From positions 69,564,001 through 69,628,000 of the forward strand of contig OZ260662.1 in NCBI GenBank assembly GCA_965285935.1: a stretch of DNA of 64,000 bases. Direction: 5' to 3'. This DNA comes from Ophelia neglecta. Taxonomy: Eukaryota. Shown here in pieces: positions 1 to 13,600 of the stretch. Every line of letters starts with the position of its first letter. Position 1 is the first letter of the stretch. The notes beneath the pieces are model-generated. The model made no database searches. It worked only from the letters and a program-made list of their open reading frames with translations, and was not told the origin of the DNA. The position numbers and the translations under genes were made by a program.

Positions 1-517
1 CTTCATATAGCCTCTACCAAGTCAGTAAGACTTGATGCGCGAGTGGTTGTTTTTACATGGTAGTGCGGACCAACCACGTGCAAGTGAGTTCGTCATCAAA
101 TTGCGTGCAACTTATTCACCGTTTATTACTCCGACATTTCCATTTAAAACGATATTTGACTTCGTACTTAATGAAGGTTTTGATTATATGAGTTTTAAAT
201 ATAACGTTGGAATTAAGGCTTATAAATTCTTATGGCCAATTCGAGGCTTATTGCCTAAAGAAACCGAGTAGTTTGATATTACTTTATCAAGTAGTACTGA
301 GGCTCCATCTCCACATTGTTGTAAATCGGTTCTAGGAAGCTGCAGTACGGCCACACCCTATAGTCATATGTTGGCACTGCAGGCAGGTACTGCAGATAGG
401 CCATTTTAAGACTAGCAACGAAAACTAACATAGCAGCACATTCCCGGGCTATTATTTTTGCGTCAAATTTCACTTGTCTATTGTGTTCTATCTTAGGCCA
501 CTAGTAAGGACTTATAC

Positions 518-551
518 CAGAGACATATAGTACAATAACTATAAGTCTCTG
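518..551. repeat. Short inverted repeat/hairpin
   Basis: The sequence is CAGAGACATATAGT-acaata-ACTATAAGTCTCTG, a 13/14 arm match. Confidence 0.7.
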
Positions 552-1429
552 CTTATACAAACTTTGCTGGTTAATTACAGCTGGGGAGAAACTACATGCG
601 CATTATATATATTGGAAGTATTAGAATTATACACAAGGTAACTCTTGGTCGTTTGGCGATTCAGATGGAGCGAAAACCGGGTCGCGGACATGGATTTTAC
701 GAATCTGAATCACCAAAACAATCACAAGTTACGTTTTTTAGCGTATGAAAGACGGTCGACGCTCTAAGGTCTTATTGAAAGTGAGCAAAAAAGAGGTCTA
801 ACTAGGCAAAGCAGCCAAGAGGTGGTTACCCAGCCCCAGGGTGCTGGACTGGGGGGTTTACCCCAAGGATTCTTCTCAGGAGGGGCCTTGTAGATGGTGG
901 AGGGCTGGGATGGGGGGGGGGGGTTGCCACCAGGTTCGGGTAGTGTCATTAATGCTAGCAAAAGCGAGCTTGCCATTACAGTGGACATCAATGTCTGTAA
1001 CGTTGCGAAATAATCAACAAAACTGCGGAGACCTAATCCTCAAATTACAAGTTACCAAGCTTTACTACTGTATGATCACTGTATGAGATCGCATTCATAT
1101 CCTCGTGTCTATAGACAGATAGGGCACACCGAAATAAATCATACAAACACACATCAGATGCCCAACAGCGGACCAAGATTGACCAAGCCGGCCTGGCTGA
1201 TCGATGTGAATATAATGCCAAGGAAATGACAGTTTCCGAATTGGACCCGTGTGTACATAGGGCCGAGCCATCACACACCCTGACCTCGAGCCGATACTAA
1301 ACTCATAAGATATCGTCCCCATAGGCATCCAAACACTGCTAATTGAGTGGACAGAAGGCAGTTCGGAAAATTGAAGTTAGTTTAGCCAAGGCAATAGGAA
1401 ACAGTGAGCTTATTAGATATGGGAAAGAC

Positions 1430-1840
1430 CCCAGACGGTTAGCGCTCTTCTGGACCTGCTGTCTTCCTGTTCTCCAGGAAGAGTGGGTTCAGGCTAGAGT
1501 CTTCTATTCTCCAAATGGTCCAGATATGACCTCGCTCAAGTTGTTTCGGAAGGAAGCATCTGTCGAATTGAATTCAGTCCGATGTGGATTATTTTCGTAA
1601 GAACGTCTAGTAAACCTTGCCAAACGACAAAAACGACTGCCAAATGTGTAAACGAGTTGTAAGGTTATCACTATTAGTGTTTTTTTGCTGTCTGGCCTGG
1701 CCAGGGACATTATTGGCTGGAGCATCCGTGCAATGAATGGGGTTTGGTCTGAAGTAGGATCCTATCCGGTTAAAAGCTTCTCTGAAACGAGAGGAGTGTT
1801 CGTCTGCACCTCATTACTTGCCTGGTACTATTGCCACTTC
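1430..1840 (+). mobile_element. Decayed non-LTR retrotransposon RT relic (RLE-type, Hero/NeSL-like)
   Basis: EEWVQARVFYSPNGPDMTSLKLFR...ERL resembles EWxxAxGxFIPKxxxSxxIxQFRxISLLN...RL. After frameshifts come WLEH (cf. GCLEH) and VRLHL..A.GTI.H (cf. VWLDLxNAYGSxPH) in the correct order. Confidence 0.4.
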
Positions 1841-4800
1841 AGAAACTCAATGAAATACGGTAGCTCTTAGCCACCCACTTGTTTATAAAGTAAGTTAAGT
1901 ATAACTTTGCAAACATAGCAAATGAATGAAACGGCTCTCCACGGTGTCGCTGCTAGGGCAGCCGACACTGCGTGGCTCTCGGTTTTCTCGGGCTGCCAGC
2001 GACGTATCACATTAAAACAGAGTCTCCGTCGCGACAGGAGAAAGGCTATACTATACATTTACAAATGGGTATACATCCCATGTATACAAACTTGTACACT
2101 GCCCTCCATACGAGTTTTATAATACTTAATAGATCTTAAGTATTTATCTCTAAATTAGCCTCTGGGAACACCACATTAAGTACGCCTATACAAAAGCATA
2201 TAAAACGACCAATCTGTTCATCATCACTTGCGAACCAAAACATCATGAAGTGGATAAATTTCGGCGTTTTGTCCACTCGGATGTAATAAAAACGAGTTGT
2301 ATGTGGTGTTTTAATGATTTCGAGAGACGTTGTCAGACCCTCAATCCTGCCTAGTTATCGACATGAGCCATTACAGGGATGGTCTACACCAAAACGGACG
2401 TGTCTATGGGCTGCCTCCTATTGTGATATTAATACCCAGTGCTTTTGAAACCGCAATATGACATATTTATAGGAAACCTCATCATTACCATGCCTATACA
2501 GTCATATTTTGTGTGCGTTTCAGATTAAGAGAATCGAATTACGAACATAGTCCACTGTGCACGTAAATAGCCTCTTTCCGTCTCACTTCAGCGTTGAACG
2601 ACGAGACAATAAATAAAGAACTTTTTTTGGAAAACCGCCGCCCCCCCCCCCCTCAGCTAGCTTTTTTCACAGATTTAATGTCTGCAGAACTGGCAAGCCA
2701 ACAATATATAGAAATTAAATTAAACTCAAATGCAGTCAGGCAAATGTTTTCAAAAAAGGGTATTTCCTGGAGAAATCAAATTAAGATTGTCTGTTCTTCT
2801 TTACCTTCATGAGGTTGAACCGAATTAGACAGATCGAACTGCAAATTATATAGGTTCTTCTCTACAGGCAATCACGATAATCAGAGATTCCCTCTTGCAT
2901 GTGATTCAATTAGTTAAACACCAAATTATTCATGGACAACATTCCCTGCTTCTTGAAGATGCCGTAATTAATTGAACGCATTTATTAGAGTCAACTCTCA
3001 TTAGCTATGTAGCCAATTATCTATCAACCCTAGTCCCAATCAGATTGTCTCGATGTACCAGTCCCGTGAAGATAGAGCACTGGGCGGTCAGACACTCGGG
3101 CCCATAGCCAACACATACATCAGCTACTTTAGTGGAATCAGAAATAGAAAAACACAGTTTCATCTGAACGACATGATCTAAATTTGATGCGAGAAATAGA
3201 TGCCTTCGCGGCTACAGGGTTGCCACGGTTAAGCTCACAGATTAAATCTCGCGCCTTTGCGAGCTAAGGTCAAACTTTGGGTTAAATTCCTATGTTATGA
3301 GCTCCAAGGCAGCATGCAAGATCACCTGAGGTCATAGCCATTGACAGCTAGCAGCAGTGTGATATTTTCCCAAGAGGTGTGCTTCTACCTGTCTACTTCA
3401 CATCAATCCTGGCGTCTTCCGCTGTATGGGTCTTTGATACGCCATCACAAACACAAGACAGCCTAAAAAACAAACCCCAGACACTCTCTGTAGAAACGGG
3501 GCTTGAAAACAGCTTCATATCAACTTAAGTTGATACAGGCAGGCTGATCATACCGAGGAATAAAATCATCCGCGGATCCACCAGTGTTTGATTGATTATC
3601 TGGAAGTTAAGTGAAAACATGTGTTCCTCTAGGGCAAAACTTTGGCAATTGGCCCCCGAAAAATAGATGTTGGTGCTGGTAACTTTAGACGGATTACTAA
3701 AACTAGAACCCACCTGGCCTTTCTGCCTTGGCCTGACTTGGCAGAAGGATTTGTTTGAGTAATTTGAGTACCTGTTACTCAAGCCTGACCGTTCATTTAA
3801 GAAGTAAGGTGGGAACTGCCAGACCATCTGTAACATGACAACTGACAAGGGTCACGATTATGGGCATACCATGCCAGTGAATACTGCTGATATTAATATC
3901 TTAATAAGTCTGGCCGTTTACCTTAAGTATATAAAAATAGAATGCTGATGGCAACCACGTGGTAGGGTTTGGAATATTCGCGAAAGCACAAGGGCTCCAC
4001 CATGCTTCAGCCACTGTATGCGTCCGTGGATGTAAAAAATACTCGGTTTTTGTTTTACAGTTGTCACGTTCCGTACACCCCAAAGCGAAGAGACACATCC
4101 CATTCATCATTGAGTTGCAAGGGCATGACACATACAGTAGGCCTGTGTCTTGATCTAATTAGGTCAGAAGGAAATCCACAATATATAATGAACTACAATA
4201 ACACAAGCCAATAAGAGTGCGCAAATCAGGATCGGCCATTCTCGGTAATAAAGCAAGTGGTTTAACTGTCATATCTACTTGCCAAGAAAGGGCACATAAG
4301 GGGGGGGGGGTCACGGGTAAATAAGGCTCAGACAAATATAATGTCATTATGTACGAAACATGCAATTGTAGATTGTTCATATGTATTTATTTTCTTAAGC
4401 AAGAAAGAAAATTAAAAAAATATTGTTTAATACAACTATACAAATCTTGTAAAAGCTAGAATTTGTGTTGTTAGTCTAACAATTCGTTGAGTAAAGGCCT
4501 ATAATATTTCTGCTACTCAAATTGTAGCCTTTTTAAGATCGTTTTAAGTCAATCTGACAAAAGTTCACAATAGGATGGCTGTAAATATTTAGCTTTCTAT
4601 TAACTTCTTCGGTGTCCTAGTCGGGCATAAAAGAAGTAGCATTGATTCTATTTAACCCATTTGACCGAGTTCAGATTTGGAATCAACATTTTCCGTCTAT
4701 AATCGGTTCCTGTTCTTTGCAAATTGGGGGCTGAATCCATGTAAGTACACGGCTCAGAGAGACAGCTTCCCTACCATTGTCCCCAGACCACCCACTGTAG

Positions 4801-5353
4801 TTGTCTTGCCTATTATTTCCTTTTGTCCTTTGACTGATTAACATGTCTCCGAGGGACATGTATAATGGCGTTTAGGGAGCCGTCTGCAATCCATGTTGTG
4901 AGCTTCGAACTCCTTTACCAGACGCCAGAGTGTCCCTTGAGATAAAAGCCAGAAGATCACAGAATTCGATCATCGTGGGGCTCTTGAATATAGACAGCGG
5001 GGAAAATCCATCAGTCAATAGCAAAGGATAGGTCAGCAGAATCGTCCCTTCTTATTCCCCAAATGGCTCATGACCAGGGTTGCAGGGCTGTAGGCCCACG
5101 GCGTTTGGAGATAAAATACAGGCCAGCTGCCTCCAGGTCGAAATCTCCCCCAACTATCGTTCATGTCCGAGAGTCTGCTGACAGGAAGCCGTTATTGCTT
5201 CTGGCGTGACAGAACTTCAATTAGCTCCCATCCAATACCATTTAAACGCTTATAAAATGACATTAACACACCCATACTACTCGACCTCAACCATGAAAGG
5301 CTTTATTGCAAATATGAAACAAATGTTTTTCTATAGGCCTGACACAAAATATA

Positions 5354-5531
5354 CAGTGAGACCTGTGAATTAAGACTTCCCAAGGGACTGAAAAAGGCTG
5401 GTCTGCTTTCGAAGGTGGTCTGTTTAGACAGGTTATTTAACATTGAAAGCATACAGTGTGGTCCTCATATCAGTGGTCTGAATTGACGGGTGGTCTGATT
5501 ATACAGGTGGTCTTTAAGGCAGGTTTGCCTG
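5354..5531 (+). mobile_element. MITE family A copy 1 (Tc1/mariner/pogo-type, non-autonomous, ~178 bp)
   Basis: Structure is TA|CAGTGAGACCTG...CAGGTTTGCCTG|TA, with imperfect TIRs, TA target duplication and internal GGTGGTCT repeats. Homologous to the copies at 14840, 44510 and 45597. Confidence 0.8.
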
Positions 5532-7179
5532 TAGTTACAATTATAGGCAGATGATGTTTCTAGCGGCTCTGCATTGAAACAAACACTCATGGGTTCTTTG
5601 ATCGAATGTACAAAGATAAACCTAATATGTCTACAGCCTATATATACTATAAAATTTTGACCAAAAATTAAAGAGATTCAATACGGTGTTCGAAATTTAT
5701 TTAGTGTCACAAACTATAGAAATTTACATGAATTCTTAAAAAACATATTGGTACTATATTGGCTACTTGCAAATAATACACATGAACTCCGTTGGGTCTA
5801 TAACTGTTACAGTTCGTGAGTGATTTGATGTCACATTTGAAAAATGATGAATTGTTGGTAAAATAGATGGCGCTGGAAAATGATAGCGTCGAACTCTTCT
5901 GAAAGGCGCACCGAAGAGTTGGTGGATGAGATAGTCTAATGAGTGAATGAAGCGAGCAAGAAGCGATTTCTCGAAAGATTATCAACACACAATGTGCGAG
6001 TGCAGCAATTCGTGTAATGAGGGAGTTGGCCATAGATCAAAGGGCATGGGCCATGATGAAGAAACCAAAGAGCGTGTGAACTCTTTTGTACAAAGTCGAA
6101 GACAACGACCCTATATAGGTTCTTCTTACGTCCTTGTTTTAGAGCTATTTGCCGTGGTCTGGTCAACAGAGCAAGTAAGCATAAAGTATGGCGGTCTAAG
6201 ATCAGCGAAAACAGTAAGAGGTAGCTGTGATTGGATTGTTTGAATCTCTGTTAAATAAATATTTGATGAATATGGAATTTTATGCCATTCAGTTACGGCA
6301 ATATGTTTCACTTTTAAATTGGAAAACACGTGATAAATAGCGATAAATTAAGTGCCCATAGATTCTATCAAAGGAGAAACTGCGTTACCTCAAATGATGG
6401 TTGCTTACTTAAAATCTATCTACCACAGGGAACCAGAGACCCATCATAAGCCATAACTTAATAAACTTATAATGAGATTGCTCACACGACACTATAAAGG
6501 CCAATATGAAATATCGACTGGGCGTGTTTCCCCCAGAAGGCTCTGATTGCCACTCCTTGTCCATCGTTGGAAACAAAACAAAAAGGAATATTCTTTCATA
6601 AAGTATAGGCACCAGGACCAGGGAAATGGCTTGCTTCTAGTTCCAATTTTTCGCACATTTTATTTGAAACTGCTTGACACCACATGACTATGGCTGGACT
6701 GATTCGTGTTGAAAAACGAACATGCAAACACGGGAAGAATAGGGTATACTATACTTATAAGAGACAACAGTGAAGATAATCCTTGTAATTCTTCATATCT
6801 ATAGCTATTGGACCCCCTACAATATAATCAGCTAGAATGCCCTATCAAGTCTGTAATAGTAGCCATATGAGGTCGTGACATCACTAAAAAACTGTACACG
6901 ATTGCGGCCTATTATTTTGGGTTATTTGGGCGGGCTGGGTATTGCACACACAACTACTACCACCATGCTAAGGTTCCATTCTTATGCACGTACAAGACAT
7001 TGAGTCAGTGAACGCACCGTGTGTTTGTGCCTATTATATATAATTATGGTATATTTTTAAACATGCCCGATAGCATCCGTGAAATATCAGAGAGTCTTTC
7101 TGTCAGCTGGTCAGCTGGCAATCCATGGAGTCAATCCCAGAGAAAAAAAGGGAAACTGCTCTACAGCATGCAGCGAGTA

Positions 7180-7610
7180 ACGGCTTAGAAAAGTGGAAAG
7201 CGGTCGGGCTACAATAAACAGACGCCCACCTGGACTGCATCTTTAACACGGTTTCCTGGTTTTGACAGCATGACTTTGTTTGTGCTACCTTACTATCATA
7301 TGACCCAGATCTGGTTATGTCGTCCAAAAACAAACTGGCCTGGGTAAAGCTATAGCTACACTTTGTCAAGGAAACAGTTTTTTGGCGTCCCAATCGTCTG
7401 CCGAAATAAACCAGAACATGTATAGTTATAACTGGAGGTTACATCGTTAGGCCTATTATGTCAAATGCATTATGCACTGTGATTAATGACAATTTCAAGT
7501 ATCATGCGGGAATCAAACATCGATGCAGCAGTGCCTAACTTTGCTAATTGAGATCGAATCAGGCTGATTGTTGACACACTGATGGTTGATATATCTGGTT
7601 CAAACCGTTG
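7180..7610 (-). mobile_element. Decayed LINE RT relic (catalytic region)
   Basis: SLFLDD...Q..L....WA.....FHFSK resembles SL(F/Y)xDD...LQxxLxxxxxWAxxNGFxFSxxK. An F..DIS...QLAKLG segment lies ~270 nt upstream, about where the DxxKAFD motif is expected. Confidence 0.35.
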
Positions 7611-10600
7611 TAGGGTAACAGTAACGAGCTGTACCGGTAGATACAGAGCCAAACTCAATATCCTCCCTTCTTTTATAGCTTATAAAGCCATCTGTAAGCC
7701 CTCCAATGACGTCAGAAAACACCCACTTCACTATCAGGCAACAATCCGAACTTATACAAGTCTGATCCGAATGTAACCATATTTGATACGACAGAATGTA
7801 GATTTTACAACAAAGGCTATCCTGCTATATTTGCTAACTGCGGCCTTGCCCGCACCATTTGAGCCATAGGAAATGAGTCTATTTTCAATAAGGTTTGATG
7901 CATGGGGGTTTGCGGGAAATCCTGCTCATTGGGCCATTCTTTATTCAAACATTTTTCTTAGCTTGTTTTTGTTTTCATGTAATATGTAAGGTGCGCCATA
8001 ATACACACAAACACACATACGTTAGTTAAATACGAGATAAATATATGAAAATTTGTTAGTGTTTTTAAGGGTTTTGTTAACGACCTTCCTTAAACTTTCC
8101 ATCCTCTCACCTCTTTATACATTCATTGTTTGCAGACGCCACAACTTATTATACACACTAATTCTCTAGAGACCCACTCAGCGAAGTTTTAGATTATTCA
8201 GATACTACAAGTTTCTCTCGACGAAGCATTGCTCTGCACTATTTTCCCACTTGGCTGCAAAACTACGGTTATTGACACCAACGGGCGGGGCATACCTGGA
8301 AACAGTCGACCAACGTGATTCGAGTTGTAATAAAATAAAGTACTCATCTGAGTATAAACAGCCCTTAAACCCTGAGAGAGCTAAATGGTAAACGGTTCAC
8401 TAGCCAACTGGCCATGTTTTTCCATATTTTAGTCTATGTACAACTATTCACTTATTTATTAGCAACTTATTCAAGGTTTTGTGACGTGAAAAAGACACAA
8501 TACACTGCCAATCCCAACTCCACCCACCAAGCACGGTTCAACCGGTAATTAGCTATTTTCACCTTATTCAAAAATCATTTAAAGTATCATATGACATTTC
8601 ACCTACAAAGCTGACAGCGTAGGGACTTATAATGCAATGCGTTTCTTTTCGCATCCCCTGCATACTGCTCTTGAACGTTGCCTTAACAAATATCATATCT
8701 TTAGCCTGAAGTCCGGCGCTGGAACCTCTTCAATAGATCAATTCTATCTCCTGGATTCAGATGATCTGTCAAACCTGGGCATAGACAAAAGGAACACACT
8801 CTGGTCATAGAACTTAGTGCTGGAAATTAAGTAGCTTCCGAATTCCTTATGGCCAATGATGCATCTGTAGATGGCGTGACCTATATAACGGGTCTATAAG
8901 ATCACTGTTTCATACCGCGATAACCTTTTAGATATGGCGTTTGTTCGGGTCTGACACACGGCAGCAGATCTAGGTTCATCACGCGATCTATTTTTTAAAT
9001 CTACTTGACTAAAAGGCTTTCTCGTTTTATGTCACTTTCTTGCGGCGTCCCATTTAATATTGTTATTTCCATCACTTCGGCAGTGTTTCCTTCATTAAAT
9101 TGAATTGAAATCAAGTATACTTGCTTTTCTTTCTGGTGAAATCCTGTAAATATGCATGTAAGCAGGGGACATTTGCATAAACGTCATTCCTTGCAAAGAT
9201 ACGAAACTAAATCAACCCGCAAATCAACATTAGAGGAAATCGTAACCATCTAGTTTTGTCACTTTCAAGTTGTATTAGCATAATCAAATATGAAGGCTCA
9301 TTCCAATGCGAAATAAATCCACCTAGCTCCCCGGCTCTTGTCATTTACAAATATTAATTAAATTAAAGTTTACATGCAAAGCAAATGAAAATGCATAACA
9401 TGTCAAATGTTTATTTTGGGTAAAGTTCCATTTCTGTAAATAGTCGAGTGTCAAATCCCTCGCATTCTGTGGTTGCTTTCAAGCAAACTGCAATAAATAG
9501 TGTTATCCCTTATGGTCTTCTTCCAATAGACGTGTTTTGTTTCTTAAAATTTGGATATTTGTATATCCTAATTATTGTGTATATATTTATCATTTATAGC
9601 TCACATTGTGTGTTTAAGCTATACACAAGCAACTGTAGAATTATCTATCAAGACAATCATTGCATAAGGAAACAATTCTGTTTTACAAAAAAACTTATTT
9701 CCTGATAAATTTCAACCTTTCCAAAAACAGGGCCAAATGTATGAAAGGTGAGCAGGCATGCAGACGACACAGATAGGCTTCGTACTGAAATACGGCACCA
9801 CACACCGTGGAGAAAACGCTTTAAACCAGACGTCTATCAACACTTCCTGTTTGCAGAAAGTGCTGCCTGATGATGCAGTTTTACTTTTTCCCTCCATAAA
9901 GTTATTGATCTTACTAGACGAATCTGTCAGCAAAGAGTGGATGATATCGAACCTGGTTTCAGCTGAGCCTGCCCCCCCCCCCCCCACCGAAGAACTTTGG
10001 TTACCGTATTAGGAATGCTTTTATTTGTTTTTACAAATGAAAGATAGGCACGAAATTCATCATTTGAGATTCACCGTTCGAACTATATTCATAACTGAAA
10101 ACCAGTTCATCAATATATTGGAATATGGCACATCTAATAAAGGCTAACAATGTTTACTAATTAAGAAGTGTTGCATGAACCCCCCACCCCAACCCTCTCT
10201 CTATCACAAACACCGAGCACGTTTTTGCTGCAAGCAAAAGTAAAAAGAAGAAGACTCATTAATGATCTAAGAGTAGTAATATATATTTCCGAAAAATATA
10301 GAAGATGGCGGAGCAATATGTCGGACAAAGGGTTCACGCAAAGGCCTTATAAGGCCTCCAATCTCCTGTCTGCGGCGAATTTAGCGCCAATAAGACAGAT
10401 ACTGAAAACAGGACAAACAAACTCTCAGTTGCAGACAGCAAAACTATCAGACTTATCATCGATTAGCTGCCAAAGGTGGAGTGCACGACAGATAATACGA
10501 ATTACCCACCCTAAGTAAAATGTGTCGACAAATTGGTCATATCTACCGAATTACAGCCAACTGTCGTCAATTTCATGTGAATAGTCCTTGTCTTTGTCTG

Positions 10601-13600
10601 AGTATCTGGTCTTGCTCTAGCACTTCACCATTTGTGAATGGTACATTACCTCTCAAACGTACTCAACCTCACTCAAAACTACAGTCGTAACTTGTGAGCT
10701 GGGACATAAGCACACATACATGTAGGAGCAGCTTGTGCTACAACATTTGTCACGATTTGCACAAGTTATGGGCAGTTGATTACCATTTCTGAAGCCTTGG
10801 TTTTACCTTTGAAGTAACCCATCAACATGATATTTATATTACAAATATAACCAAAGTCTGCAATTAAAACGGTTTAAAACTGTGATTTTTTCCCTAATTC
10901 TTTGTGCAAACCTAGTGTGACACGGCAGAAATGTTATTTGTTAGGTAATTCTGCTAAATCACTAAATAACACCATATACCCACATTCAAAACATGTCAAA
11001 TTATACCTGAGGGGTAGAATATGAAGCACATAGCCAGCTTAAATCTTATGTTTATTATTTCTTGGTTTTAGCCTTTAAAGTTAGAAACATTAAAAATTAT
11101 ATGATGTTGAATTGTACACAATTAAGCCTTTTATATCTTTCACCTGCATCAACTACATAATATATAATTAACTATTACTATGCATATAAACCTGGTTGTT
11201 GTTACAGGTATATTTTGTAAATTTCCGTCTGTTTCGTTTTGTTTTTGTCTTAAAAAACCAGCAGCGCAACTTGGTCTGACTGCTTTGGCCACGGAATGCA
11301 TTCTCGGAAATCGCAATTATCATGTATAAAACGCATTTTGAGCCAGTCCCGCGGTGTCGACCAGGCCCGTGCACATACAGAAACAGCATGCAGGTGTACA
11401 AGTCAAGTGATGAGAGGAAACGCCGAAAAGTAATCAGCTTCTGATGATAACACAAAATGTGTTTACCTAGAAGTCTGGAGCATGGCAAAAATATGCTATC
11501 TGCAGTATGCACTACACTGTGCTGCATTAGTGGGCCAGCCTGCCTTTAGGTAGTCTGACAAATACACTAGAATGATGACTCAATAAAGCGACCTTGACCT
11601 ACTTAAAGAGTAATGAATCAAGAACGAAGCTCAATCCATTTTTTTGTTTAATGAAATCATGCAGGCACTCAGTAGGAATTAAGGAGACAAGTAATTATCT
11701 TGTGCTTTTAATGATGACGAATGCCTGTCGAAAAAAGAAATAAGCTTGACATGATTTGCTGGAGCGTCCGTGGTACACATATTGATGACACTGGCTGCGT
11801 ATTACAGCCGAGGTAAATGACCTCAAGGTCGTACTGTCACACAGCGACAATGACAAGACAGGACTTTCGAATATTAATATATTAAAAACCATAATACTCT
11901 AATGCATTCGAGGAATAAACAGAAAGAATATCGTCATGTTTAACAGATAATATGTGTTTTTTCCTACTTAGCAAATCGAATGAACTTGCAAAAGAGACAT
12001 GACACTTGTGTTAAACGTGGTATAAATGTCACCTGTAAAGGATCATTTTCTTAACATAATGTACACAAGTCCTTAAATCGGAACTGGTTCCAGGATTGCC
12101 TGGAATTACATTAGCCAATTCTCTATGATATCCAACACGCAGACCCATATCAAGTCTCTCTGTAATGTTTATCTCGTCTCCAGCCAGCTTAGAAATCTAA
12201 ATGTCTTTCCATGAAATCTGTAAGGCTAGAAATGCCGCAAACATCTGCGATCAGCTGGTGGTGTATGCAACATCATTCCTGAGTCTAAATCATACATTAC
12301 TGCTTTGATGTCCGAGAACAATCTCGTCTATTCCTTTCAGCAAGATGGCTGATGGTTCCCAAGTGTGTGGGTAGTGTGTGCAGGTGCATTGGAATATGAG
12401 GTCCCCAGAATTATGAGATTACGGTAAGTTGGAGGGTAAGTTACACGGGCAAACTGATTAAATATGTGTTTGGAACTCTACGGGTGTATAATATATAGCA
12501 TCATCTCTATCTACATTACCCTGATATTTGGAAATATACTTCATACTCAAATTTCCAACTGACTTATAGGTCATGAACTCAGAACCTTGGGCTTGTCATC
12601 AAATGCTCAAGCCTCCGTCATCACTCCTTCATTATATCAGATGTTTACTTCATTAACATTGAGTCTTAACGCACATGGGCGTTACTTATGATAGCTGAAC
12701 TTGATGATTTATCAATATTGAAAGTTGCATATCGCATCCGGCAGTGGTACAAAATTGTTCTGTTAGAGATATTTCGCATGTGGCACAGGAATACGACCTA
12801 CAACAATTTCGATGTACTGAGAAAAAAATTTCATGTGCTGATATTGAAATCTAACACTTCATGGTCTCAAAGTTGTATACACTCCTATAAAGAAACCAAT
12901 CGTCAATAAGGATATTTAAACATCGCTGTCCTTTGGAATGCTCGTGTTCAAGTCCATTTTATCGTCGTTTTAATTCATGCTAAAGAAAACTTAAAAGGCC
13001 GCTCAGGATAATTATCAAATGTGTTTAATTCCGCTAACCTGAATGGTTTAAGGGGATGTGAGCATGCAAGCAAAGCGTGACTGGTTCACGCTGCTCTAAT
13101 ATAATACAAATACATGTACACAGGTCTATATTCAACTTCGAAGGTACGAACCCAAATCTACGGTCGTCATAAGAATTACAAGTTATCAACATTATTTGGA
13201 ATATATCGATTATATTTGGTTTGGCGATCCCTCAAATCTGCATGGTACGCTCGTGACAAAAATACCCCGGATAACGGATAGACTCATTGTTAATAGCAAA
13301 AAAAGCATGCGAATGTCGAGGCCTGTCATATTGTGGAACCTGATAAGGGTGCGTGTGGCGAGCCCCTTGGGTTTTCAAATCTCTATGTATGCCTCGTTCA
13401 TATTAAATAAATGGTTATGTAACATACCATTTTAGTCTGATTCTTCAGAATATACTTGGACTTGAGCAAGGATTTCGAATCGAATTACGGCAAATTTCGC
13501 TAGATAAGATTTTACTATCCTCGCAACGTCCGCCGAGAGCTAAAGTTTTTAGACGTTTTTTAAATGAATAACTTCGGACCACACGCACAAAATCCGTTCG

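Noticed and set aside
4750-4910. RTE-like 3' end (MDCRRLPKRHY) or RNase H (IADGS) relic on the minus strand
   Set aside because: The two readings are incompatible and each rests on a few residues.
8660-8830. LINE post-RT relic (IDLLKRFQRR) on the minus strand
   Set aside because: It is a single short motif, too weak to list as a feature.
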